Below, piece after piece: positions 1-14,685 of a stretch of 64,000 bases of DNA (position 1 is its first letter; every line of letters begins with the position of its first letter). Source of the stretch: Tubiluchus corallicola (taxonomy: Eukaryota > Animalia > Priapulida); assembly GCA_030141605.1 (NCBI GenBank), contig JAQGDQ010000164.1, forward strand, positions 1-64,000. Reading direction: 5' to 3'. The position numbers and the translations under genes are program-made. The notes beneath the pieces were generated by a model, which was given only the letters and a program-made list of their open reading frames with translations, searched no databases and was not told where the DNA came from.

Positions 1-3000
1 AAAGCATCGTTTCACATTCTTGTAATTAATAAACAAGTGAAAGCATCGTTTCACATTCTTGTAATTAATAAAAAAATGAAAGCATCGTTTCACATTCTTG
101 TAATTAATAAACAAGTGAAAGCATCGTTTCACAATCTTGTAATTAATAAACAAGTGAAAGCATCGTTTCACAATCTTGTAATTAGTAAGCAAGCGAAAGC
201 ATCGTTTCACATTCTTGTAATTAATAAACAAGTGAAAGCATCGTTTCACATTCTTGTAATTAATAAAAAAATGAAAGCATCGTTTCACAATCTTGTAATT
301 AGTAAGCAAGCGAAAGCATCGTTTCACATTCTTGTAATTAATAAGCAAGCGAAAGCATCATTTCACATTCTTGTAATTAATAAACAAATGAAAGCATCAT
401 TTCACATTCTTGTAATTAATAAACAAGTGAAAGCATCATTTCACATTCTTGTAATTAATAAACAAATGAAAGCATCGTTTCACAATCTTGTAATTAAGAA
501 ACAAGTGAAAGCATCGTTTCACATTCTTGTAATTAATAAACAAATGAAAGCATCATTTCACATTCTTGTAATTAATAAACAAATGAAAGCATCATTTCAC
601 ATTCTTGTAATTAATAAACAAATGAAAGCATCGTTTCACATTCTTGTACTTAATAAAAAAGTGAAGGCGTCGTTTCACGTTCTTGTAATTAATAAACAAA
701 TGAAAGCATCATTTCACATTCTTGTAATTGACAAACAAGTGAAAGCATCGTTTCACATTCTTGTACTTAATAAAAAAGTGAAGGCGTCGTTTCACGTTCT
801 TGTCATTAATAAATATGCGAAGACATGGATTCACATTTTTGTAATTAATAAATGAATGAAGACATCATCTCACATTTTTGTCATTAGTAAACAAATGAAA
901 GCATAATTTCACAATCTTGTAATTAATAAACAAGTGAAAGCATCGTTTCACATCCTTGTAATTAACAAACAAATGAAAGCATCATTTCACATTCTTGTAA
1001 TTAATAAACAAATGAAAGCATCATTTCACATTCTTGTAATTAATAAACAAGTGAAAGCATCATTTCACATTCTTGTAATTAATAAACAAATGAAAGCATC
1101 GTTTCACAATCTTGTAATTAAGAAACAAGTGAAAGCATCGTTTCACATTCTTGTAATTAATAAACAAATGAAAGCATCATTTCACATTCTTGTAATTAAT
1201 AAACAAATGAAAGCATCATTTCACATTCTTGTAATTAATAAACAAATGAAAGCATCATTTCACATTCTTTTAATTAATAAACAAATGAAAGCATCATTTC
1301 ACATTCTTGTAATTAATAAACAAATGAAAGTATCGTTTCACATTCTTGTAATTAATAAACAAATGAAAGCATCGTTTCACAATCTTGTAATTAAGAAACA
1401 AGTGAAAGCATCATTTCACATTCTTGTAATTAATAAACAAATGAAAGCATCGTTTCACATTCTTGTAATTAATAAACAAATGAAAGCATCATTTCACATT
1501 CTTGTAATTAATAAACAAGTGAAAGCATCATTTCACATTCTTGTAATTAATAAACAAATGAAAGCATCGTTTCACATCCTTGTAATTAATAAACAAATGA
1601 AAGCATCATTTCACATTCTTGTAATTAATAAACAAGTGAAAGCATCGTTTCACAATCTTGTAATTAGTAAGCAAGCGAAAGCATCGTTTCACATTCTTGT
1701 AATTAATAAACAAGTGAAAGCATCGTTTCACATTCTTGTAATTAATAAAAAAATGAAAGCATCGTTTCACATTCTTGTAATTAATAAACAAGTGAAAGCA
1801 TCGTTTCACAATCTTGTAATTAATAAACAAGTGAAAGCATCGTTTCACAATCTTGTAATTAGTAAGCAAGCGAAAGCATCGTTTCACATTCTTGTAATTA
1901 ATAAACAAGTGAAAGCATCGTTTCACATTCTTGTAATTAATAAAAAAATGAAAGCATCGTTTCACAATCTTGTAATTAGTAAGCAAGCGAAAGCATCGTT
2001 TCACATTCTTGTAATTAATAAGCAAGCGAAAGCATCATTTCACATTCTTGTAATTAATAAACAAATGAAAGCATCATTTCACATTCTTGTAATTAATAAA
2101 CAAGTGAAAGCATCATTTCACATTCTTGTAATTAATAAACAAATGAAAGCATCGTTTCACAATCTTGTAATTAAGAAACAAGTGAAAGCATCGTTTCACA
2201 TTCTTGTAATTAATAAACAAATGAAAGCATCATTTCACATTCTTGTAATTAATAAACAAATGAAAGCATCATTTCACATTCTTGTAATTAATAAACAAAT
2301 GAAAGCATCATTTCACATTCTTTTAATTAATAAACAAATGAAAGCATCATTTCACATTCTTGTAATTAATAAACAAATGAAAGTATCGTTTCACATTCTT
2401 GTAATTAATAAACAAATGAAAGCATCGTTTCACAATCTTGTAATTAAGAAACAAGTGAAAGCATCATTTCACATTCTTGTAATTAATAAACAAATGAAAG
2501 CATCGTTTCACATTCTTGTAATTAATAAACAAATGAAAGCATCATTTCACATTCTTGTAATTAATAAACAAGTGAAAGCATCATTTCACATTCTTGTAAT
2601 TAATAAACAAATGAAAGCATCGTTTCACATCCTTGTAATTAATAAACAAATGAAAGCATCATTTCACATTCTTGTAATTAATAAACAAGTGAAAGCATCG
2701 TTTCACAATCTTGTAATTAGTAAGCAAGTGAAAGCATCGTTTCACATCCTTGTAATTAATAAACAAGTGAAAGCATCGTTTCACAATCTTGTAATTAGTA
2801 AGCAAGCGAAAGCATCGTTTCACATTCTTGTAATTAATAAACAAGTGAAAGCATCGTTTCACATTCTTGTAATTAATAAAAAAATGAAAGCATCGTTTCA
2901 CAATCTTGTAATTAGTAAGCAAGCGAAAGCATCGTTTCACATTCTTGTAATTAATAAGCAAGCGAAAGCATCGTTTCACAAGCTTGTAATTAATAAACAA

Positions 3001-5190
3001 GTGAAAGCATCATTTCACATTCTTGTAATTAATAAGCAAGCGAAAGCATCGTTTCACAAGCTTGTAGTTAATAAACAAATGAAAGCATCATTTCACATTC
3101 TTGTAATTAATAAACAAGTGAAAGCATCGTTTCACATTCTTGTAATTAATAAAAAAATGAAAGCATCGTTTCACAATCTTGTAATTAGTAAGCAAGCGAA
3201 AGCATCGTTTCACATTCTTGTAATTAATAAGCAAGCGAAAGCATCGTTTCACAAGCTTGTAATTAATAAACAAGTGAAAGCATCATTTCACATTCTTGTA
3301 ATTAATAAGCAAGCGAAAGCATCGTTTCACAAGCTTGTAGTTAATAAACAAATGAAAGCATCATTTCACATTCTTGTAATTAATAAACAAGTGAAAGTAT
3401 CGTTTCACATTCTTGTAATTAATAAACAAGTGAAAGCATCGTTTCACAATCTTGTAATTAATAAACAAGTGAAAGCATCGTTTCACATCCTTGTAATTAA
3501 TAAACAAGTGAAAGCATCGTTTCACAATCTTGTAATTAGTAAGCAAGCGAAAGCATCGTTTCACATTCTTGTAATTAATAAACAAGTGAAAGCATCGTTT
3601 CACATTCTTGTAATTAATAAAAAAATGAAAGCATCGTTTCACAATCTTGTAATTAGTAAGCAAGCGAAAGCATCGTTTCACATTCTTGTAATTAATAAGC
3701 AAGCGAAAGCATCGTTTCACAAGCTTGTAATTAATAAACAAGTGAAAACATCATTTCACATTCTTGTAATTAATAAGCAAGCGAAAGCATCGTTTCACAA
3801 GCTTGTAATTAATAAACAAATGAAAGCATCATTTCACATTCTTGTAATTAATAAACAAGTGAAAGCATCGTTTTACATTCTTGTAATTAATAAACAAGTG
3901 AAAGCATCGTTTCACATTCTTGTAATTAATAAACAAGTGAAAGTATCGTTTCACATTCTTGTAATTAATAAACAAGTGAAAGCATCGTTTCACATTCTTG
4001 TAAGTAATAAGCATAGTTTCACATTCTTGTAATTAATAAACAAGTGAAAGCATCGTTTTACATTCTTGTAGTTAATAAACAAGTGAAAGCATCATTTCAC
4101 ATACGTAATTAATAAACAAGTGAAAGCATCGTTTCACATTCTTGTAATTAATAAACAAGTGAAAGCATCATTTCACATACGTAATTAATAAACAAGCGAA
4201 AGCAAGGTTTCACATCCTTGTAATTAATAAGCAAGCGAAAGCATCGTTTCACAAGCTTGTAATTAATAAACAAGTGAAGGCATCGTTTCACATTCTTGTA
4301 ATTAATAAACAAGTGAAAGCATCGTTTCACAAGCTTGTAATTAATAAACAAATGAAAGCATCAGTTCACATTCTTGTAATTAATAAACAAATGAAAGCAT
4401 CGTTTCACATTCTTGTAATTAATAAACAAGCGAAAGCATTGTTTCACAAGCTTGTAATTAATAAACAAGTGAAAGCATCGTTTCACAAGCTTGTAATTAA
4501 TAAACAAATGAAAGCATCAGTTCACATTCTTGTAATTAATAAACAAATGAAAGCATCGTTTCACATTCTTGTAATTAATAAACAAGCGAAAGCATCGTTT
4601 CACAAGCTTGTAATTAATAAACAAATGAAAGCATCGTTTCACATCCTTGTAATTAATAAACAAATGAAAGCATCATTTCACATTCTTGTAATTAATAAAC
4701 AAGTGAAAGCATCGTTTCACAATCTTGTAATAAAAAAAAAGTGAAAGCATCATTTCACATATGTAATTAATAAACAAGTGAAAGCGTCGTTTCACATTCT
4801 TGTAATAAAAAAAAAGTGAAAGCATCGTTTCACATATGTAATTAATAAACAAGTGAAAGCATCATTTCACATTCTTGTAATTAATAAACAAATGAAAGCA
4901 TCGTTTCACATTCTTGTAATTAATAAACAAGTGAAAGTATCGTTTCACATTCTTGTAATTAATAAACAAATGAAAGCATCGTTTCACATATGTAATTAAT
5001 AAACAAGTGAAAGCATCATTTCACATTCTTGTAATTAATAAACAAGTGAAAGCATCGTTTCACAAGCTTGTAATTAAGAAAAAAGTGAAAGCATTATTTC
5101 ACAATTTTGTAATTATTACAAAAAGTGAAGACATTGTTTCACATTTTTGAATACGTTTCACATTCTTCTAATTAATAAATAAATGAAGAC
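1..5190. repeat. 39-bp tandem minisatellite/satellite array (about 130 units, runs off the left window edge)
   Basis: Consensus AAAGCATCGTTTCACATTCTTGTAATTAATAAACAAGTG repeated head-to-tail with point variants and degenerating after ~5080. It explains the KASFHILVINKQ ORFs. Confidence 0.97.
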
Positions 5191-6257
5191 TTGTTTATGG
5201 AGCATAATTATAGGCCGTAAACGTCTTTAAGGATATTTGGATATAGAACATGGGATTCTCATGAGACCATTCATCTAAGTATTATCTATAACCGGATATA
5301 CATACACTATGAAACACAGTTACATAACTAAACCGGTCATTTTCTGCCTAATAACAAGAAGCTGCTTGTCAAGTTACTTTTGTGCTCGCTTAGGGGTTGC
5401 CTAGCTACTACAAAAGCAAGCCTGGCGTATGTTTAGTACACATGCTTGTTCTGACACACGCGCTTGAACATATGTGTAGTACACATTCTTGTTCTGACAC
5501 AGGCGCTTGAACTATCAGACAACCAAGGCTGTAGAATGCCAGATGGAGAAATTTATTTCCCCCCCAAGAATTCCTCGTTGAATAATGGATGTCAAAAAAC
5601 GTTTATTTATTTAACAATGCACTGAGAGGCCTGGATTGCTTATTGGCTGGACGTTAGACAGGTAATTGCAGTAATGGACACTGTTATAATACAAAATAGG
5701 CCATAATTCCTTATGCATTCGACCAATTGCACGATAACAAGCCGTACAGAATTTTAGCTTTAGAAACGTAGCTGTTCTTACCTAGACAGAAGACAATTGT
5801 TTTCGGAACTGGGTTGCATTTCCACTTTGATCACTGACAAAGTATGATCCACCCAAACTGTTTGAGTTTATTAAAAGTTGCAAACAAACAAGGAAAATTC
5901 GCCGAATCACTGTGTTGACTACAAAAACGTTATATTTGTGGCGTACGCTTATTTATTTATTTATTTGTAATACATCTATGGACAGAACTTATAAGCCCGT
6001 TGAAAACAGTGTGAAATAAATGACGATGATTAAAATATAAAATTACTGCTAAAATGTGGAAAACATGATTTGTATAACATAAACACACAAATACGTAAAC
6101 TAAAAATTGTCTGTCGTTTTGCCAACCTTTTCTGCATATCTGTCGTTAGTTTACGTGATATGTTCCTAACAAACAAGCAGACAAACTGAAAACAAACAAT
6201 CACACGGACACACAGATGACTAGAAAAACGGTTGCTGCACTGGCCACACAGGACCTG

Positions 6258-6518
6258 CGACAATATGGACTCTGGATGTGGATGATAATCCCCACAGTAT
6301 CTACGACAATATGGACTCTGGATGTGTATGATAATCCCCACAGTATCTACGACAATATGGACTCTGGATGTGGATGATAAGCCCCACAGTATCTACGACA
6401 ATATGGACTCTGGATGTGGATGATAATCCCCACAGTATCTACGACAATATGGACTCTGGATGTGGATGATAATCCCCACAGTATCTACGACAATATGGAC
6501 TCTGGATGTGGATGATAA
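6258..6518. repeat. 46-bp tandem repeat, ~5.7 copies
   Basis: Unit GACAATATGGACTCTGGATGTGGATGATAATCCCCACAGTATCTAC. Confidence 0.93.
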
Positions 6519-7412
6519 GTTGATACAACAATTTCAATGCCTAGGAGCTTAAAATGTTCGTTTATTTACAAAGTGCCAGACACGGATGTCCACGAATAAG
6601 AACCTCCTGCCTCTGAACACTAGAAGTCATTTTACAATAACGGTCAACCGCACAGCTTCAATCGAGCTCATCTAATTTATTAATATTCCTAGGCCAAGTA
6701 ATATGCTATGTATATATTGACATTGGCCGTAATATTAAGGATAATTCAGGAAGTTGCTGGAAGTGTAATTAGAAGCTCATGAGATGAGTAAATTCAGATG
6801 AAAGGTCACAGATTCAATTACCTGGTGAGAACTTATTGATAACCTGGCGGGCGCTTTTGATGCAAGGAGAACTAATTCAGCGTCTTACAATGAGTTTGAG
6901 CGGCAGCAGCGCAGTTAGGATGCTGCTGTTATCACTCACATGATGCTGATTTTAAGCCTTAAAGACGATTAATAAAAAATTCTAAGATGAAGAAATTTAA
7001 ATGGCGGAATTTTAGCAGCCTCCCTGCTCTATAATGCAGTCGCAATCTTCAATTAACAGAAAAATTCGTTTTATAGATATAGATAAAGTACATATATTTT
7101 AGTGTTTTTAGCATTGCCCTATTAATGATATTCTGTGCTTTCAGTGATTTTTCATTAATGCTTTTTCTAAGCTTAAACACTATGTTTCGTAGAGATTGTT
7201 TTATAAATTACGTAAATTCACAAAACCAAAAAATTGTTGTTTTTCGATTTTTTTCTTTATTCTTTCCTTCTACTTAAAAAAGTGAATATGGTGTACTAGA
7301 ACGTCACATTCTTAGTTGCTTTATGTAGGAAATTTCATCAGCTGTTAAACATCACTTTTATGCAAAAACGAACTTATTATTTCGTCCGCCTCTCTCGTGT
7401 ACCTTGCCACTG

Positions 7413-8202
<790 letters not shown>

Positions 8203-8745
8203 CCCCCTTCGACTCTTATTGATTGACTGATTGCACTTTATTTATAGTCGATGTTTACAACAATGAACCAATAGCCACTACCATACAGTTAAGTTAAAAA
8301 TACAAATAAGTTAATTAATTAATAAAACAGAAGCAAGTTTCGTAATAAAATGTCCAAATAACTGTTTTATATCAACATTACAAAACAACCTTGATAAGCA
8401 GTTGCAAGAAAAATAAACTTATTATGAAAGGTACATAAACATTTATTCAGATTTTTGGAGGACAAGAAGAAACATTTTAAAAGCACAATTTAGGATCATT
8501 CATTGTAACCATCTCAGCACCCACGCCTAGATTCGCGTGACATAATGTCATACTAAACCTTAATTAAGTTTTTCCATCAAACTGATACATGTTTAATGAC
8601 ATGTTTCGCGTGTTGTTCGTTTGCTTGCCAGGGGAGTTAATTATGCAATGCTAATGTGATGGCGAAATATGTTAATCTGAATCTAGTCATGTATTTAAAA
8701 ATGCGTAACAAGTTTTGATGTTGAAAAATCGCACATTGGTGGTTA

Positions 8746-11088
8746 ATGAGTGACGCTTGCTGTATACGCGTGTACACTACATGAGTTGACGCTGGCTGTA
8801 TACGCGTGTATACTACGTGAGTTGACGCTGGCTGTATACGCGTGTATACTACATGAGTTGACGCTGGCTGTATACGCGTGTATACTACGTGAGTTGACGC
8901 TGGCTGTATACGCGTGTATACTACATGAGTTGACGCTGGCTGTATACGCGTGTATACTACATGAGTTGACGCTGGCTGTATACGCGTGTATACTACATGA
9001 GTTGACGCTGGCTGTATACGCGTGTATACTACATGAGTTGACGCTGGCTGTATACGCGTGTATACTACATGAGTTGACGCTGGCTGTATACGCGTGTATA
9101 CTACATGAGTTGACGCTGGCTGTATACGCGTGTATACTACATGAGTTGACGCTGGCTGTATACGCGTGTATACTACATGAGTTGACGCTGGCTGTATACG
9201 CGTGTATACTACATGAGTTGACGCTGGCTGTATACGCGTGTATACTACGTGAGTTGACGCTGGCTGTATACGCGTGTACACTACATGAGTTGACGCTGGC
9301 TGTATACGCGTGTATACTACGTGAGTTGACGCTGGCTGTATACGCGTGTATACTACATGTATTGAGGAGCTCATGACGCTGGCTGTATACGCGTGTTTAC
9401 TACATGTATTGAGGAGCTCATGACGCTGGCTGTATACGCGTGTGTACTACATGAGTTGACGCTGGCTGTATACGCGTGTATACTACATGAGTTGACGCTG
9501 GCTGTATACGCGTGTATACTACATGAGTTGACGCTGGCTGTATACGCGTGTATACTACATGAGTTGACGCTGGCTGTATACGCGTGTACTATGAGTTGAC
9601 GCTGGCTGTATACGCGTGTATACTACATGAGTTGACGCTGGCTGTATACGCGTGTATACTACATGAGTTGACGCTGGCTGTATACGCGTGTATACTACAT
9701 GAGTTGACGCTGGCTGTATACGCGTGTATACTACATGAGTTGACGCTGGCTGTATACGCGTGTATACTACATGAGTTGACGCTGGCTGTATACGCGTGTA
9801 TACTACATGAGTTGACGCTGGCTGTATACGCGTGTACACTACATGAGTTGACGCTGGCTGTATACGCGTGTATACTACATGAGTTGACGCTGGCTGTATA
9901 CGCGTGTATACTACATGAGTTGACGCTGGCTGTATACGCGTGTACACTACATGAGTTGACGCTGGCTGTATACGCGTGTATACTACATGAGTTGACGCTG
10001 GCTGTATACGCGTGTATACTACATGAGTTGACGCTGGCTGTATACGCGTGTATACTACATGAGTTGACGCTGGCTGTATACGCGTGTATACTACATGAGT
10101 TGACGCTGGCTGTATACGCGTGTACACTACATGAGTTGACGCTGGCTGTATACGCGTGTATACTACATGAGTTGACGCTGGCTGTATACGCGTGTATACT
10201 ACATGAGTTGACGCTGGCTGTATACGCGTGTATACTACATGAGTTGACGCTGGCTGTATACGCGTGTACACTACATGAGTTGACGCTGGCTGTATACGCG
10301 TGTATACTACATGAGTTGACGCTGGCTGTATACGCGTGTATACTACATGAGTTGACGCTGGCTGTATACGCGTGTATACTACATGAGTTGACGCTGGCTG
10401 TATACGCGTGTACACTACATGAGTTGACGCTGGCTGTATACGCGTGTATACTACATGAGTTGACGCTGGCTGTATACGCGTGTATACTACATGAGTTGAC
10501 GCTGGCTGTATACGCGTGTATACTACATGAGTTGACGCTGGCTGTATACGCGTGTACACTACATGAGTTGACGCTGGCTGTATACGCGTGTATACTACAT
10601 GAGTTGACGCTGGCTGTATACGCGTGTATACTACATGAGTTGACGCTGGCTGTATACGCGTGTATACTACATGAGTTGACGCTGGCTGTATACGCGTGTA
10701 CTACATGAGTTGACGCTGGTGTACTACATGAGTTGACGCTGGCTGTATACGCGTGTATACTACATGAGTTGACGCTGGCTGTATACGCGTGTATACTACA
10801 TGAGTTGACGCTGGCTGTATACGCGTGTTTACTACATGAGTTGACGCTGGCTGTATACGCGTGTATACTACATGAGTTGACGCTGGCTGTATACGCGTGT
10901 ATACTACATGAGTGACGCTGGCTGTATACGCGTGTATACTACATGAGTGACGCTGGCTGTATACGCGTGTATACTACATGAGTTGACGCTGGCTGTATAC
11001 GCGTGTATACTACATGAGTTGACGCTGGCTGTATACGCGTGTATACTACATGAGTTGACGCTGGCTGTATACGCGTGTACACTACATG
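8746..11088. repeat. 36-bp tandem minisatellite, ~65 units
   Basis: Unit GAGTTGACGCTGGCTGTATACGCGTGTATACTACAT, highly homogeneous, with a near-palindromic core GTATACGCGTGTATAC. Confidence 0.97.
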
Positions 11089-11392
11089 TACTGAGGAGCT
11101 CATAATTCCTCATTTGTTTTTAATTTTGTTAAATTAATAGCAGGGTTGGTTATCGGATATTTAATGATCTATGATAGTCATGATACTTTGGTGGCTTATT
11201 ACTTATACACCGTAGTATTGCGGCCAAATATTTTCTATTTGCTAATTTTTCAATTTTTTTATTTTTTACATTTCTTTACAATTTTTTTGAACCTTTTACA
11301 ATTTTTCAAATATTTAATATTTATATATTATCATAAAATTTATATTTCTTGATTAATTATTTAGAAATATAAAACAACGTCCGTATGCAATA

Positions 11393-11822
11393 TGACAGAA
11401 GCGTTATGTCAAACAAGAATCACAAATACGTAAACATATCCGCACTGCCATAAGCACTTGCAAGCTACTGGATCAGGTTACACTGCTCCAGCTTATATAG
11501 GTATCTGGCAATGCTGCTGACCAATGGTTTGTCAATGTTGACCAATGGGCGGAGGACGTCACCATAATTGTAATAATAGCACAGAAAAGCGTATATAGGC
11601 AGTATTAGAAGGCTGCAGAATATAGTTGCACAGAGTTGAGAAGTGAGTTTTTGTTCTTCAACAAACTATACGATCACACTTTATTCACGAGTTCGACGTT
11701 TCTATACTCTAAAGTAAAGAACTACAACTCAGTAGAATAACGACACGCAAACTAAATCAAGAGACATTTATTCATCCTTCAGTCAAAATTCATGCAGAAA
11801 TTTAATTCATCATGTCTACACA
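11393..11822 (+). mobile_element. possible solo LTR
   Basis: TG...CA ends flanked by AATA/AATA. Internally there are two GACCAATGG motifs, GGGCGG, GACGTCA and TATA-like GTATATAGG. No coding remnant; ends chosen by eye. Confidence 0.25.
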
Positions 11823-12126
11823 AATAATAAGACTACTATTAGATAGTTCCGTGACTAGATACATAATTTAGTTTACCAAAATCTCAGCTGGGTCAAGAAT
11901 TCTAACAACTTATGCGAAACAGCAATTATTGCACTAGCAACTCACCAGTCTGCCACAGAACTCTAATGCAAGGGCTTAGAGTAAGAGAAGCAAGGGGTAT
12001 ATTTTTGTAGAGTTTCTTATTGTAGATTTATTCATAGAATTTTGTTATCAGTTGGCAGGCACGTGTACAATTTAATGTTTACTTTTATGGCTGATTTTTG
12101 CAACAAAAACAACAACTGAACCAGGT

Positions 12127-13230
<1,104 letters not shown>

Positions 13231-13479
13231 ACTTATTACTAACCTTATTGCCAAACCTCCGATGCACTGTAGCCCAAATTTCTTAGACTCACCCAAGTGC
13301 TCAGTCAATCAGAATGCGACTAACTGGATGACTTGAGGCTTGGTATGCTACATTTTGATAAGTAATGTTGTTTTCCTTTAAAGAAAAGGCCAAGCCTTCT
13401 AGCAAGTTAGGCTTATTTCAATGTTCGCGAAAAATATTAGAAGGGTTTAGTAAAAAGATTACAATAAGCGCCTAATTAC

Positions 13480-14685
13480 AATAAAAATAATCTAGAAAAA
13501 GACATAACAAGTATAAATGCAGCATTTAACTATTTTGGTTTAAAAATGAATGATGATAAGACAGAATTTATGGTAATATCACCCAAATCAAATGACATTA
13601 CTTCTTCTAATGCAACACTAAAAGTGGGTGACTGTTCCATAGAACAAGCAAAAACTGTAAAATTTTTAGGCATTACTGTCGATAATAAACTCACTTGGGA
13701 TGAACAGTTTCATCAAATACACAACAAGATGGCATTAAGCACGACATTCTTACGCCAAACCAGAGGCCATCTAACCAAGAAAACAAAAATTCTCATCTAC
13801 AAAAGTCTAATATTACCACATTATCTATATGGTTGCACTTTACTTCAAAACGTTAAATGTGAAAACTTTAGAAAACTAAATACAATGCAAAACTACGCAC
13901 TTAGATTAATTCATGGCTACTCTAACAAAACTGCTAAACAACATGCTGCTTCTGCAACAAGCTTAAGAACGTCCACAAAAATCCCAATATTAGAAGCCTA
14001 TCGAGATTACAAAACACTGATATTTCTTTATAAATATATCAATAAACTGAGCATTCCATTTATAAACAATCCCTTAGCATTCATTACTGATACCACTTTA
14101 AACACTAGAACATACAATTTAAAGCAAATTACAGTAAACAATAAATTTGGAAATAACTCTATATATCAAAACAGGCCATACATTTATGGAACTTACTACC
14201 CAGTGAAATAAAACAAATAGAATCTCTCCACCACTTTAAAAACAAATTAAAAGAATATCAATATAACAGGTTTCAACTTCCACATTGTGCATCTGATACT
14301 AATTACACAGACTCCACTTTCATCTACCCCCGCCCCTGACTCCATATAACGATTAAACATGAATTTTTTAAAAAAAAAATTATGTAATGTAATACGTGTT
14401 ATGTTAGTTTTGTAATGTCAAATGTATATATAGTGTAAAATATGTCATGTAAAATTTAATGTACTTTCGTAAAATTGTTTTGTAAAAATATTTTAATATG
14501 GTGTTTGTAAATATGTTCATTTATTGTATATAGTTTTGCACTTTAGTTTTTTTAGTATGCACTGGACGCATTTGTCTTGAACAGTGTGGTTATTTTAACA
14601 TTACGCTGAGGCTTAACCAATTTTATTATAATGAGTGAACTATTTTTTATGACAAATAAAGAATTAATATATATATATATATATA
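13480..14685 (+). mobile_element. 5'-truncated non-LTR retrotransposon (CR1/L2 group), C-terminal part of reverse transcriptase plus 3' UTR
   Basis: Translation LEKDITSINAAFNYFGLKMNDDKTEFMVI...VKFLGITVDNKLTWDEQ...KILIYKSLILPHYLYG matches the end of the LINE RT domain and thumb. After a frameshift near 14170-14185 it reads WNLLPSEIKQIESLHHFKNKLKEY, the typical CR1/L2 ORF2 C-terminus. It ends in AATAAA plus (TA)n. Confidence 0.85.

Noticed and set aside
37-4744. Long ORFs (272, 1032 and 156 aa) of KASFHILVINKQ repeats
   Set aside because: They are by-products of a 39-bp satellite with one stop-free frame. There is no unique flanking coding sequence, and indels break the frame after ~4010.
8746-11088. 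CRISPR-like appearance (36-bp, partly palindromic repeats) and 200-370-aa ORFs
   Set aside because: The repeats are head-to-tail with no unique spacers, no cas genes are present, and the context is eukaryotic. The ORFs are repeat artefacts.
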